From NCBI GenBank assembly GCA_951406725.2, contig OX597822.1, positions 56,854,001 through 56,918,000 on the forward strand: DNA of 64,000 nucleotides. Reading direction: 5' to 3'. The notes below the pieces were generated by a model. The model was not told the DNA's origin and searched no databases. It saw nothing but the letters and a program-made list of their open reading frames with translations. Position numbers and translations under genes: made by a program. Below, piece after piece: positions 29,097 through 42,454 of this stretch. How positions within the stretch are numbered: the stretch's first letter is position 1; each line of letters starts with the position of its first letter. This DNA comes from Octopus vulgaris. Taxonomy: Eukaryota.

Positions 29097-29187
29097 TTTT
29101 AGCTGATGAGTACGGGACACGTTTATATGCTGTAATTTTTGCAACTTTTAATAAAACCTGTCCTTGTATGAAACGATTGTACTAAAA
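29097..29187 (+). ncRNA. Type I hammerhead ribozyme in PLE 3' region
   Basis: TTTTAG-CTGATGA-GTACGGGACA...TGTCCTTGTAT-GAAAC-GATT-GTA-CTAAAA; stem I TTTTAG/CTAAAA is perfect; GUA cleavage triplet. Confidence 0.87.
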
Positions 29188-29216
29188 ACCTATCCATTCT
29201 TGTTGCTTCATTCTCG

Positions 29217-29270
<54 letters not shown>

Positions 29271-29278
29271 AGGAAAAA

Positions 29279-29470
29279 TTAGTATAACGCTCGGGGAGTG
29301 AAAAGGTCTTTAACGTTTCGAGCCTACGCACTTCCACAGAAAGAAACAAGGAGAGAAAATAAAGAATGCGTAGTAGCTAGCGATCTATCATGGCGAATGC
29401 CGGACAGAAGGGTCACACAGGAGAGATAGGGAGAAGGGGAGATAATAGACGAAGGTGCGCGTGCGTGTAT
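29279..29470 (-). repeat. Inverted pseudo-LTR copy of the PLE at 29710-30482
   Basis: Reverse complement of ~30235-30429; the ORF track shows identical peptides HARAPSSIISPSPYL...GSA. Confidence 0.9.
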
Positions 29471-29632
29471 AATAAGAGGAAAAATAAGAGGATAAATTCT
29501 ATAAGAAAGGAACTCTAATCTCTCTTTTATATTTTGATAAGCATAACAAATGCGCAACCGGTAAAAAGAACTTTCACCTAATTAAATTACTTCAATTATT
29601 TGTCAGCATTTTCTTCATTTCCTTTTTTTTTT
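29471..29632 (+). mobile_element. Single arm of the fold-back family seen at 33846-34166
   Basis: GAACTCTAATCTCTCTTT...TTTTGATAAGCATAACAAATGCGCAACCGGTAAAAAGAACTTTCACCTAATTAAATTAC shared. Confidence 0.85.
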
Positions 29633-29637
29633 ATATA

Positions 29638-29673
<36 letters not shown>

Positions 29674-29709
29674 CATACATATATATATACATATATATAT
29701 ATATATATG

Positions 29710-30482
29710 AGCCTTCCAGCGACTCTAGTCCGACCACTATACTTCAGACATCTTCCCTAACCGACCCTTCCCCTCCTTCAAACGAGCCCACAACCTATGA
29801 GACCTCTTGCTCCACAGCTTTTTCCATAATCCAACCTCCCAACCCGGCTCGTTCCCCGCTCTTACCTCTCCAACAACACCCTCCTCACCGGCACCCATCT
29901 TCGACTCTATCACATCACCGACTCCTTCACCTGCACTTCAACCAATATCAGCTACTGCATCTACTGTTCTCCTTGTCCTTCTCTATACATCGGGCAAACG
30001 GGACGCCGCTTGGCTTACCCCACTCTCGCCTCCCCCACCTCCCAAGACCATCACTCCCCCCAGACACCACTACACATTACACCACCATTCCATACAACAC
30101 ATCACATCACAATACACTACCACGCACACACCACCACTGACCAGTTTCCAGACCCACATTTTCACACCTACACAACACTCACGCGCACGTCAAGGTCACC
30201 AGCCCTCTTCCACACGCACATATATACTCTCTTATATACACGCACGCGCACCTTCGTCTATTATCTCCCCTTCTCCCTATCTCTCCTGTGTGACCCTTCT
30301 GTCCGGCATTCGCCATGATAGATCGCTAGCTACTACGCATTCTTTATTTTCTCTCCTTGTTTCTTTCTGTGGAAGTGCGTAGGCTCGAAACGTTAAAGAC
30401 CTTTTCACTCCCCGAGCGTTATACTAATACATCTATTTGTTGTCTACACCACTTGTCTTTTGTCTTTTTGTGAATTCTCCCT
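29710..30482 (+). mobile_element. Penelope-like (Neptune-type, tentative) 3' fragment
   Basis: Frame at ~29864-30015 reads HITDSFTCTSTNISYCIYCSPCPSLYIGQTGRRLA (GIY-YIG); upstream FKRAHNL*DLL linker; 3' UTR with hammerhead-like motif; ends at (TA)n. Confidence 0.85.
30362..30399 (+). ncRNA. Minimal hammerhead-like motif, variant core (also 29307-29344 - and 35580-35615 -)
   Basis: TCTTT-CTGTGGAA-GTGC GTAG GCTC-GAAA-CG-TT-AAAGA. Confidence 0.6.
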
Positions 30483-30484
30483 AT

Positions 30485-30685
<201 letters not shown>

Positions 30686-31062
30686 TACACGCACATACCC
30701 AAACCTGTAAGTTGATCAGAGATAGAAATTAGAATTCGCTGTATTCTTTGTTCAATAGCAACATATTTGGAATGTACAGAAAAATCAGGTAATGATTGAA
30801 GTGTTTGGCACTTTTGAACCTGATAGTTTTCATTTATTTTCTGCCATTCTATTTTAAATATAAAATAACACTTATATAAATCATACGCATAAGTGTTATG
30901 CTATACTTACGTCAGAACGCTAAGCTATCTACAGCTGTATGTCAAACCGATATACATCAAACGATACATATGTATGAGAGAGTGAGTGTTTGGGTGTGTG
31001 CGCGTGTGTGTGTGAGTGAGTGAGTATGAGCGTGTGTGTTTGTGAATGTATGTGTATATATG

Positions 31063-31103
<41 letters not shown>

Positions 31104-31104
31104 T

Positions 31105-31153
<49 letters not shown>

Positions 31154-31921
31154 TTATAGTTAAGTTCTATTTGGGTAGAAACCTTGTAAAATTCTGTGTT
31201 ACCAGATGTCATAATATCGTAGAGATTCACATACTACACGATATACTTCAAGAATTCCATAGTGTCCATGTAGTTTATATAGACATAAAATGGAATTCAC
31301 AAATTTTTGCTTATTAAAAACCAATACTATCGTTTCGACTCATTTATCGCACCTGTAGGTCAAGGGTTAGATGCTGTGCAATCAATTGTCCTGCATCACA
31401 AATGACTTGAGGAGGCGCACTCTACACCTGTGATTTTAAATATCATACATTTGTTTGACGTACATGTGTAGATAGCAGAGAGCTCTTATATCGATAGTAC
31501 ATAGCACATATATATGATTGATATAAGTTTTATGTTATATTTGAAATAGAGTAACAGAAAGCAAATAAATATTATCAGGCTGAAAAATATTAACCACTGA
31601 AATAATTTGCTGATATTTCAATACATGTAAAGTCTGTTTCGATTAGGAATTATGGGAAAATATTGTGACAGGGCGATAACAGAAATGTGTATGAAAAGAA
31701 TGTCAGAATCAAGGGAATTGAAAAATGTATAAAAGATAATGAGGAAGGGTTACAGCATTTGTTATAAGTTATATATCAGTTAAACTACTGAAACTATAGA
31801 TATATAATCAACGAGTCAACGTACACATATTTATACTTAAGTGCATACATACATACATACATACATACATACACACATACATACATACATACATACATAC
31901 ATACATACATACATACATACA

Positions 31922-31952
<31 letters not shown>

Positions 31953-31967
31953 GTATACATACATATA

Positions 31968-33497
31968 CAGTAGCGGCCATAATATAATAAGTATTGAAAT
32001 ACTTATTATAGAAGATTAACAAACCGTTGAGACTAGATATTTACACATAATTAGATATATCTAATATCTAGCTTTCGTGAAAATTTCAACTGAATGGAAT
32101 AAGTATTTCGTAAGTTATGAGGAAATAAACAAATAATCTTCCAAACTGCAACAGCCAAAAGTTAAAGGTCACTTAGAAATGAAAAATGGAACAAGAAGAT
32201 AAAAGAAACCCTTACTATTAATATTTTGTGAACATCCCTTTACTGTCAATAACCTCCTGACACCTCTTATCACAGGACTGAATTTATTTCTAACAAAATG
32301 ATGGAGTAATATTGTTCCATTCGTTTTTCAATAATTCCCAGAGTCCATCTTGGTTATTTGCATTTCTACTTCGCGCCCCCTCTCCAACAATCTTCCAAGC
32401 CATTTTTCTATAGAGTTGGGGTGGCCAGTCCAGGCTATCCACATCTTCATCACTCAAAAAATCACGAAGATAGTTGGTTGATCTGAAGAAGATCTGAGAT
32501 GTGGAAGGGCATGCTGTTTAAGAATCTGCTTGTAGATTTCAGTATTGACAGTCCCTTGTAGGCGAATAAGTGGACCAGGACCAGCAGCAGAGATCACTCC
32601 CCATATCATTACACAGCCTCATCCTCCATATTCCACTGTCTTCTTCACATATACACTAGATAACCTTTCACCGCCTCTTCGTCAGACGTACATCCCGCCA
32701 TCGGAACCAATTACAATAAACATCGATTCATCGCTAAAATGAACCTGCGAACATTGTTCTTCTTTCCAAACAACATGTTCGTGAGTGAAACGAAGTCGGG
32801 TTCTTTGATTCTTCTTGGGGATCAGAAGTTTGTTCACTAGTGCCCGAGTAAGCAACCCAGAACTTCGTAACATCCAAGAAACTGTTTTGCACGATACGTT
32901 GACATCGGTAGTGGAGCTAAATTCGTTGGATATCTTAGCAACACTCTTAGAACTATCCATCAGTAAGATTCTAACCATAATACGATCCTGTCTTGATGAA
33001 GCTTTACAAGGTCTACCGGTTTTAGGTTTAGCATCTGTCGATCCTGATGACTTAAAACAAGCTACATTTCGTTGCACAACACTTCTACACCTTGCTACAG
33101 TAGTTGCTATCACAATATTTGACTTGCGCTCTTGATGAAGGCACTCAATGTTTCTCTTTTTATCACAGAACACATGTCATCTCTCACAAACCGCCATGTT
33201 GACAGTTGAATATTCCAATAATGTAACATCATAAGAAGTAACTATTAATCCATTAACAGTTTCCCCAAAAAATACCTCGGTTAATAGTTCATTTTACCTA
33301 AGTGACCCTGCAATTTGAAAGATTGTTTATTTCCTCATAACTTACAAAATGTTTATTCCAATCGCTTGAAATTTCCACAAAATATAGATATCAGATGTAT
33401 TTAAATAGGTGTAAAACATCTAGCCTCAATATCTTCTTAATCTTCAATAATACCTATTTTAATACACTTCTTACTGACGCTTATATTATGGCTGTTG

Positions 33498-33500
<3 letters not shown>
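31968..33500 (-). mobile_element. Tc1-family DNA transposon, decayed, ~190-bp TIRs
   Basis: TA|CAGTAGCGGCCATAATATAA left end and TTATATTATGGCTGTTGCTA|TA right end; 31968-32150 inverted against 33309-33500; transposase TGRPCKAS, RLRFTHEH..W, VHFSDES. Confidence 0.9.
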
Positions 33501-33540
<40 letters not shown>

Positions 33541-33545
33541 CACAC

Positions 33546-33611
<66 letters not shown>

Positions 33612-33799
33612 GTATATGTATAAGAGAAGAAAATGGAGTAAGTGGGTAATAATTATTAATAAAATGATAATCGTTTCTTCGTTAAGCTGTTTCCAATTAT
33701 ACTTATTGAATAAATTATAACTTTTTGCATCAAATTTACATTTATATAAGCAAAATATCAAGAAAAAGTTGGTAATTGAAAACATTTCTTGTTTGTTCC

Positions 33800-33845
<46 letters not shown>

Positions 33846-33849
<4 letters not shown>

Positions 33850-34166
33850 GAAATGAAGAAAATGCTGACAAAATAATTTAAGTAATTTAAGTAATTTAAT
33901 TAGGTGAAAGTTCTTTTTACCGGTTGCGCATTCGTTATGCTTATCAAAATATATTTTTTAAAGAGAGATTAGAGTTCCTTTTCTGATAGATTTTTTCCTC
34001 TTATCAGATAGGAGGAAAAACTCTATCAGAAAACGAACTCTAATCTCTCTTTAAAAAATATATTTTGATAAGCATAACAAATGCGCAACCGGTAAAAAGA
34101 ACTTTCACCTAATTAAATTACTTAAATTACTTAAATTATTTTGTCAGCATTTTCTTCATTTCCTTT
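33846..34166. mobile_element. ~320-bp near-perfect fold-back element between (TA)n arrays
   Basis: 33846-34000 is the reverse complement of ~34012-34166; hammerhead-like variant motif in each arm. Confidence 0.88.
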
Positions 34167-34202
34167 TTATATATCACAACTCGTGTTCCACATCTCCTTT
34201 TT

Positions 34203-34262
<60 letters not shown>

Positions 34263-34384
34263 TATGTATGTATGTATGTATGTATGTATGTATGCATGTA
34301 TGCATGTATGTATGTATGTATGTATGTATGTATGTATGTATGTATGTATGTATGTATGTATGTATGTATGTATGTATAAATTCT

Positions 34385-35435
34385 CTAAAATGTGTCAGCC
34401 TCAAAGCTACGGTCATCACCGTTGACTGAGCTACACCATGATACGAAACCTCCTCTGATATGTGGTCGAGGAGGGTGTTTGATACCGCTGCCCTTATCTG
34501 TTTCTTACCGTGAGGTAAGGTCGTCTGGAACCCTTGACAAGAAGAGATCCAGTTTTGTTTTAAAGATACTTACATCCACACTATGTAGGTCTCTTAGGCA
34601 TTCTGGAAGTATATTGAAGAGATGTGGGCCGTTGAATCCCAAGCTGTTGCAGTATCTGGTTGTGTATTCTGATGGCGATGCTGGAATCTATGACACTATG
34701 CAGTGGCGCCCCGTTCTGCAGTTAGAGTAACTTGCAATGCCAAAGTTTGGTACAAGGCCTTCCAGGATTTTCCAGATCTATGTCACTGCATGTGTTTCCC
34801 GCCTTCGTTCTCGGGAGAAGAGTTTTAATTCTTTCAGTGATTCCCAGTAGCTGATACGTTACATCGAGACGATTTTCTAGTGCAGATTCGTTGCAATGCT
34901 TCGAGTTCCGCCGTGAATTTTATATCTGATGACCATTGTTGGGAAAAGTAGTCCAAGCAACTGAGGATGTATGTCCTCCAAAGGACCATCAATGTCTCTT
35001 TTCTCTTGTTTTGAAAGTTCAGAGAATCCATCCAGCTAGCCGTCTGCATTTTATTACCAAATTAGTAATATGCACCCGGGAAAATCCATCATTGCTTATA
35101 TCAGCGCCCAGGTCTTTCACTGATTTTGATTCATGGATTACAATTCCTCCCAGGCAAGTATATCCTGTCTGCATGTCGTTGAGCTTTGTGTGCTGGTAGC
35201 GTAGAAGTTGGAATTTTCCTGCATTAAACTGCATGCTGTTGTCCTCCTCCCACGTATATATTATGCCCAACTCCCGTTGCAGATGTGCAATGTTCCCAGG
35301 ATTTTGCATTGTCTGAAAGACTTTTGTCTCATCTGTATAGCTAGCAAGGGTGGCAATCTGAGCAGTTGAAGGCATGTCTGAATGGGACACTCTGTATAGT
35401 AGTGGCTCTAAGACAGTGCCCTGTGGAACACCACT

Positions 35436-35437
<2 letters not shown>
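34385..35437 (-). mobile_element. CR1-group LINE 3' half, decayed
   Basis: SGVPQGTVLEPLL, SYTDETK, MQFNAGKFQLL, KSVKDLG, LWRTYILSCLDY; related to 42455-43450. Confidence 0.88.
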
Positions 35438-35487
<50 letters not shown>

Positions 35488-35489
<2 letters not shown>

Positions 35490-36132
35490 GTGAGAATTAC
35501 AAAAAAAAAACAAAAGACGAAGACGGGTGTGTAAGCAACAAACAGATGTATTAGTTTAACGCTCGGGAAGTGTGAAAGTCTTTTACGTTTCGAGTCTACG
35601 CTCTTCGACAGAAAGGAACACAAAAATAAACAAGAAGAGAAAGTAGGAAAGGTTTAGTGGCTAGCGATCTATCATGACGAATGCCGAACAGAGGGGTCAC
35701 ACAAGAGAGCTAGGATGAAGGGGAGATTATAAAGTAGTGGTGATCCCAAAACGAAGGTGCGCGTACGTATGTATGTGACAGCGTGTATGTGCGTGTGGAA
35801 GGGGGCTAGGGACCTTGACGTGTGCATGTGTGCATGTGCAGGTGTGTGGATGATGGTGTAGGTGCTGGGAAGTGGTCAGTGCTAGTGTGTTCCTTGTGGT
35901 GTGATGCGGTGTGGTGTGGTATGGTGGTGTGTGGTGGTGTGTGGTGTGATGGTGTTGGGGTGTGAGGGATGTGAGAGTGGGGGAAGCAATGGTAGGGTCT
36001 GAGGGTTGAGGTGGAGTGGGATGGGATATATAGGGATGGTGGGGTTGGAATGTGTAGGGGTGGGGTAACGAGGGAGGGGTACACAATGAAAAGAGAGGGT
36101 TGAAGGGAGAAGGTGGGTAGGAGTGAAGTCAA
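35488..36132 (-). mobile_element. 3' UTR of a PLE related to 29710-30482
   Basis: Homologous to 30015-30482 (CA-rich tract, GCTAGCGATCTATCATG, hammerhead-like motif, terminal sequence into (TA)n). Confidence 0.8.
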
Positions 36133-36189
36133 ATATATAGATGCATATGTATAGGCATATAAATATATGCATATATATATATATATATG

Positions 36190-36352
36190 TGTATCACCGT
36201 GACCGACCAGGCTATCAGATGTTCTACATATCGCTGGTCACAATGCGCTTCACATTGTTTTAACCTTCAAATGACGCCACCCCGCTGGCTAACCGAGCAG
36301 GCCAACAGAAGAAAGAGTGAGTGAAATTTGTGGCGAAAGAGTACAGCAAGGA
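36190..36352 (-). mobile_element. SINE family C-related 3' fragment
   Basis: Reverse complement contains CTGTACTCTTTCGCCACAA...CACTCT shared with ~17028 and ~51033. Confidence 0.6.
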
Positions 36353-36920
36353 TTAAAATTCATTAAAATGACAGATGTATCGGACTTTCAAAGAGCTCAA
36401 ATTGTTAGTGCTCGTATGGCAGGCGCTAGCGCAACGAAAACAGCCGAAATGTTTGGTGTATCAAGAAGTACTGTCTCGAAAGTAATGACAGCCTTTGAGA
36501 AAGATTTTAAAAAACCTCCTCGTCGAAACAAAACTTCGGATGAAAACCAAAATTTTCAGATAGGGACCGTCGGACTCTTATGCGAATTGTTAGAAAGGAT
36601 CACAAAACTACAGCTCCCAAAATTGCTGCAGGACTTCATGACTGCCTCGAGAACTCAGTTTCCCCAAAAACTGCTCGCCGGGAGCTGCACATAGCTGGAT
36701 TCCACGGAAGCACTGCAATCAGAAAACCACTACTTTCCAAAACAAACGTTGCAAAACGTTTAGAGTTCAGTAAAAACTTACAGAATTGGTCCCTAGAACA
36801 GTGGAAGAATGTTATATTCTCGGATAAGTCATTCTTTCCCTTATTTCTGACCACCGGACGAGTATATTTGTGGAGACAACCAAAACAAGCATTTGACCCA
36901 GACTGCTTTTTTTCCAAATG
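36353..36920 (+). mobile_element. Tc1-family transposase 5' part, frameshifted
   Basis: MTDVSDFQRAQIV...FGVSRSTVSKV HTH, IRKPLLS, W..VIFSDKS; same family as 58686-59540. Confidence 0.9.
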
Positions 36921-36924
36921 TTAA

Positions 36925-37790
36925 ACATGTTCCTGCCATCCCCCATATTGTTTAAAAATTTTGTTAAAAATATTAACAAAAGAATTTCAAGCTTCTCCTC
37001 CGATAAGGACATTTTTAATAGCGTTGCCCCTGTATATAATAAGGCCCCAAAAGATAGTGGATTTAGCGAGGAAATAACCTATACCCCTGCCACCAGTCCA
37101 ATAATAAAGAAAAGAAATCACAGGAATAGAAAAACTATCTGGTTCACACCCCCTACTCACCTGAAGTGACCTTTAATATAGGCACGTATTTCTTAGCACT
37201 GATAGATATACATTTTCCAGTTACCCATAGTCTTCAATAGACATAACTTAAAAATCAGTTTCAGCTCAACTACTAATTTTAAAAATATAATCGCACACAA
37301 CACAAAAAAACACAAAATGAAACCAGCTGTTCATGCAGGGATTAAAATTTGTGCCCGCTAAATGGAGCTTACATGTCCGAGACCATCATTTATGAAGCCA
37401 CCGTGGACTCCATATCTACTAAGGACACTGTTTCGACGAAGAAATACGTGGGCCTTACAGAGAGTAATTTCAAGGCCAGGTTCAATAATCACACCTTGAG
37501 CTTCAGGCACTACGATAAAAGGAAAACGACCAAATTATCCAATCATATATGGTCCTTAAAACATAAAGGTGTCAGTGACAATATCCATTGGATGATCTTA
37601 GCCAAATGAAAGCCCTACACCAACGGCAGAGAAAAGTATGGTCTTTGTGATATGGAAAGATGGCTCAAATAGAAAAGCAGCTTAGACCCCGCCACATGTC
37701 TAAATTCAAGAACTGAACTTTTGGGTTCATATCCACACGTGGCTAAATATTTGTTACGTTTTTGGTCTCCCCGAGATTATAGATAGGACT
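36925..37790 (+). mobile_element. Penelope-like 3' fragment (IWFxPP type), decayed
   Basis: INKRISSFSSDKDIF, RKTIWFTPP, HFP, CPLNG, IIYEATV, YVGLTESNFKARFNNH, LSNHIW. Confidence 0.88.
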
Positions 37791-38589
37791 TGCTTTTTTT
37801 ACATTGTATTCCCGTTCAAGCTTTTTATCTCCCTATACTCATTACTTATATTTCTTATATATTTTTTACACATTCTTTTCTGTATTTTGCCTTTAGCCCT
37901 GTTTTTTCTTGTGCATGTGCGTATATTGACGTGCGTATGATCTAACATGAAACTAACTAACGTGAAACAGACTTACCACCTAGTAGCTGAAATACAAAGT
38001 TTATACGTTAATAACCCGGTGTTTCACAGATTATTGAAAATAATGAAATTTAAGTATGCCTTTTAAATCTCTAAGTAAAATGAAAAATGGATTATGCTGT
38101 TCTCAACAGTAATTAGCTGAGGTACAAATTATTAACGTCAATAACATATTTTGTCCGATGTTGTCACTGTTAACATCGTTTAAAAGAACAGATAGTTCTT
38201 TTTCTTTGCAGTCACCTTCAATTGTCAGTACTTACTTGAAGCGCGTTGAACCTGAAAATGCATAAATTTGAGAAGAAATGGCCTGCGGACGTTCCTCTCC
38301 TATTAATAAGTACATTTAACAAAAATTCTATGACATGGCGTCACTATAAACCAATGTATTGAAACAAATCCGGAAATCAATTACAATTTAATTATCTAGA
38401 GCTTCTAAATACTCGAAGTTTTGGGTGTGTCCTTAATTGGTGCATAAATGAAAAGATTTCGGGGACTTCCAAATCACGAACATCCTACAAATGATTATCC
38501 ATGAGAGAAGCAAAGAGAAGCAAGGTAAAGTGAAAACACCTTGAGAGACTGTCCTTGAGACTTGTTTATTATATTTCTGCCCCCCTCCC

Positions 38590-39444
38590 CATAATCGAAT
38601 TTGGATGTTCGTAACGTTGAGAGAAATGCATATTTTTGTATCATGTATATTACGAATATACAAGTTTTGGGGGGTGAGGGTGTTTTAGGAGGAGGTGAGG
38701 GAAGATTTTCTGAAAATTTACGGGAGTCCACTTCAATTCGTCTTAACTTTCAAGTGGATATTTTTTAATGAAATTGTCTACAAATATACCTCGGACTATG
38801 TTGATTCCGAGCATATAAGATTCCGGGTAAAAATAATTGGGGTTATTTTTGAGGACTGTTCCCCACTCGGGAGTGTTTTGGAACAAGTCGTCCATATTTG
38901 TCTCATTTTCTCCTGTTTGGGTGTTTGTGCGTCCATATATAACTTTTAACCGTAGCCGTAAAATTTCGGGAAGAAATTGATAAGCGAAGGAGGTGGGGCA
39001 TATTCGCAGAAAATTTAATTAAAAAATATCCATTTTTCCGTATGATCATTCAACGTCGGGGGAGCAGAAATATCTAGTTATGCCGCCGGAGAAGAATATA
39101 AAAAATGAAAGTACCTTTAGAAATTCTTTTTTATCTGAAATCGTGACAACTGAATATGAAGTGTTAATAAGGCAACTAGTTCCAAAAATGTTCGAAATAT
39201 GTATTGGAAAATCAAGAAAGAGGCGTCTATCTCCGTATACTCTTTTACTTGTTTCAGTCATTTGACTGCGGCCATGCTGGAGCACCGCCTTTAGTCGAGC
39301 AAATCGACCCCGGAACTTATTCTTTGTAAGCCCAGTACTTATTCTTTCGGTGTCTTTTGCCGAACCACTAAGTGACGGGGACGTAAACACACCAGCATCG
39401 GTTGTCAAGCAATGCTAGGGGGACAAACACAGACACAAACATAT

Positions 39445-39485
<41 letters not shown>

Positions 39486-40215
39486 TACGACAGGCTTCTT
39501 TCAGTTTCCGTCTACCAAATCCACTCACAAGGCATTAGTTGGCCCGGGGCTATAGCAGAAGACACTTGCCCAAGATGCCACGCAGTGGGATTGAACCTGG
39601 AACAATGTGGTTGGTAAGCAAGCTACTTACCACACAGCCACTCCTGTCACATGAAAATACCTTTTGAAATTTTTTACACACACACACCTACTTCATTTAC
39701 CTTCATTGCATGTTGTTTCAGTAGAAATCTAAGAATGCAGAAACGCACAAAACGGAAAAAAAATTAAACAAATATGGACGACTTGTTCCGAAACTCTCCC
39801 GACTGGAGAAAACTTCTCAAAAATAACCCCCAATTGTTTTCTCCAAAAATTATTGTACGCTCGGAATGTACATAGTCCGAGGTGTACTTACAGACAACTT
39901 CATTAAAAAATATCTATTTTCCTGTGAATTTTCCAAAAATCTTCCATCACCTGCTCCAAAAACATTTCCCCCAAACAATTTTACATATTCATATTGTACA
40001 TGATATAACACATATTCCAAAAAAATTTCATTAAAAATTATCCATTTTGCTGAAAGGTATGATGATCCAAAGTCGGAGAAGAAATTACTTTTAGAAATTC
40101 TTTTTTATCTGAAATCCTCACAACTGAATATCAAGTGTTAATAAGGCAACATGTTCCAAAAATTTCTGAAATATGTACAGGAAAATCAAGGAAAAGCCGT
40201 CTATCACCGTATGAT
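38590..40215. repeat. Composite of unclassified non-autonomous repeat pieces (inverted and direct copies)
   Basis: ~38640-38900 inverted against ~39768-40005; ~39010-39238 direct against ~40020-40212. Confidence 0.6.
39237..39646 (-). mobile_element. tRNA-derived SINE, family A
   Basis: Reverse complement of the 14160-14612 type. Confidence 0.9.
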
Positions 40216-40501
40216 TTTTTTTTTGTCACATCAAATCGTCACATTTATAATGACGCATACATACACGTGTGTGCAAATAGCTGGTTAGTACGCCAAATAT
40301 AGAAAGTTCAGAAACAATTTGAAGAAGTGAATCATTATATATAAAGCATTATTATTTATTTTTACTAAAGAAAAAAAATAATAACCGTATTATACTTTCC
40401 AAGGTCAACTTATTCATGTACGCCAAGTATGGTATAAATTGATCGAGAAGTTTGAGAGAACATTGAGGACATACTAAGAGACAAGGTATTTTATTTATTA
40501 A

Positions 40502-40543
<42 letters not shown>

Positions 40544-40544
40544 T

Positions 40545-41096
<552 letters not shown>

Positions 41097-41107
41097 TAGA
41101 TAGATAT

Positions 41108-41191
<84 letters not shown>

Positions 41192-41199
41192 TTAAGATA

Positions 41200-41939
41200 G
41201 AACAAAAACGCAATACAGGGCATTAAAACATTCGGACAGATAGACAACACAAAGGCGAACATGAGAAGCAAAAATTAGGACAGGCAAAAGAAGAAGGGTT
41301 ATTCTTGCATTTCTTTCATCAATCAAATACCTGAAGTCACGACCATTTCGGACAGTTACACATGAGATGGTTCGATCTGGTTGTCCCCCAAAAAGTCTAA
41401 GCTATGTGTATTAGACCTCTTTGTAAGAAAGCTAGCGAATGTGTACGGCAACAAAAACGAAAAAAAACAAACAAGCAAAAAACGGAGAACATGGTACACA
41501 ATTACGAATACAAGAAGTAACAACAGGCGTCTTTCGACTGAGAGCGATTCAAATTGAGCTGGCGTGTATGAAGTGAAAGCCTAAAGGCAGGAACATGGGA
41601 GATGGACACAAGACGTGTTGACAGTCAGCAGACAACAAGAAAGAAAGATTATGGCTGGCCGGACGCCGGTCACGTGGAAGGAGGAGAGATGGGTAGGGGA
41701 CAGCGGGATCGGATGATTAGAAACAAATCAGAGACAAAGGGAAATGTGCAGGAGAGATAAACGAGTGGGAAATAGTAGGAGTGGGAAATAGAAAGAGAGA
41801 GCCAAGAATTGTGAGAGAGAAAGAAAAATTGCGAGAGAAAGAAAAAAATTAGAGGGGGAATAAAAGATAGGATAAGTTAGAGTTGTACAAAATTTAGATA
41901 CATACCTACTATAAGGTGAGAACAAGGGTTTACGTGCAC

Positions 41940-42025
<86 letters not shown>

Positions 42026-42325
42026 GGATCCAAAACGCAATAGGGGGCGTTAAAACGTTCGGAGAGATAGATTAGGCGACACAAAGGTGGACAAGAGAAA
42101 CAAAAAATAGGAGGACAGGCAAATATAGACGGGTCCTTCTTGGCTTTCTTTCATCAGTCAAGTACGTGAAGTCACGACCATTTCGGACAGTTACACATGA
42201 GATGGTTCGATCTGGTTTTCCCGAAAAAAAATCTAAGCTAAGAGCTTTAGACCCCTTTGTAAGAACGCTAGCGAATGTGTACAACAACAAAAGCAAAAAC
42301 GAAGCAAACAAAACAACGAAATACA
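41200..42325. repeat. Two diverged direct copies (~41200-41480 and ~42028-42320) of an unclassified repeat adjoining microsatellites
   Basis: Shared CAAAACGCAATA, TGAAGTCACGACCATTTCGGACAGTTACACATGAGATGGTTCGATCTGG, GCTAGCGAATGTGTAC. Confidence 0.75.
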
Positions 42326-42326
42326 T

Positions 42327-42401
<75 letters not shown>

Positions 42402-42454
42402 GTTTCAGCTCAGAGCTGTGGCTGTGCTAGAGCACCACCGTTTTGCTACACTGT

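Larger units (their letters stand above)
23873..29222. mobile_element. Penelope-like element as a 5.2-kb inverted duplication (arms 23986-26513 and 26691-29222, 177-bp spacer)
   Basis: Arms are reverse complements and encode identical GIY-YIG proteins; the spacer continues the PLE ORF on + (HFPISHRYHRIISRKTVRISYSTLPNM); (TA)n on both sides. Confidence 0.93.

Noticed and set aside
37600-37620. In-frame TGA in a GIY-YIG region as possible selenocysteine
   Set aside because: The same copy has TAA/TAG stops and frameshifts, and no SECIS was recognised
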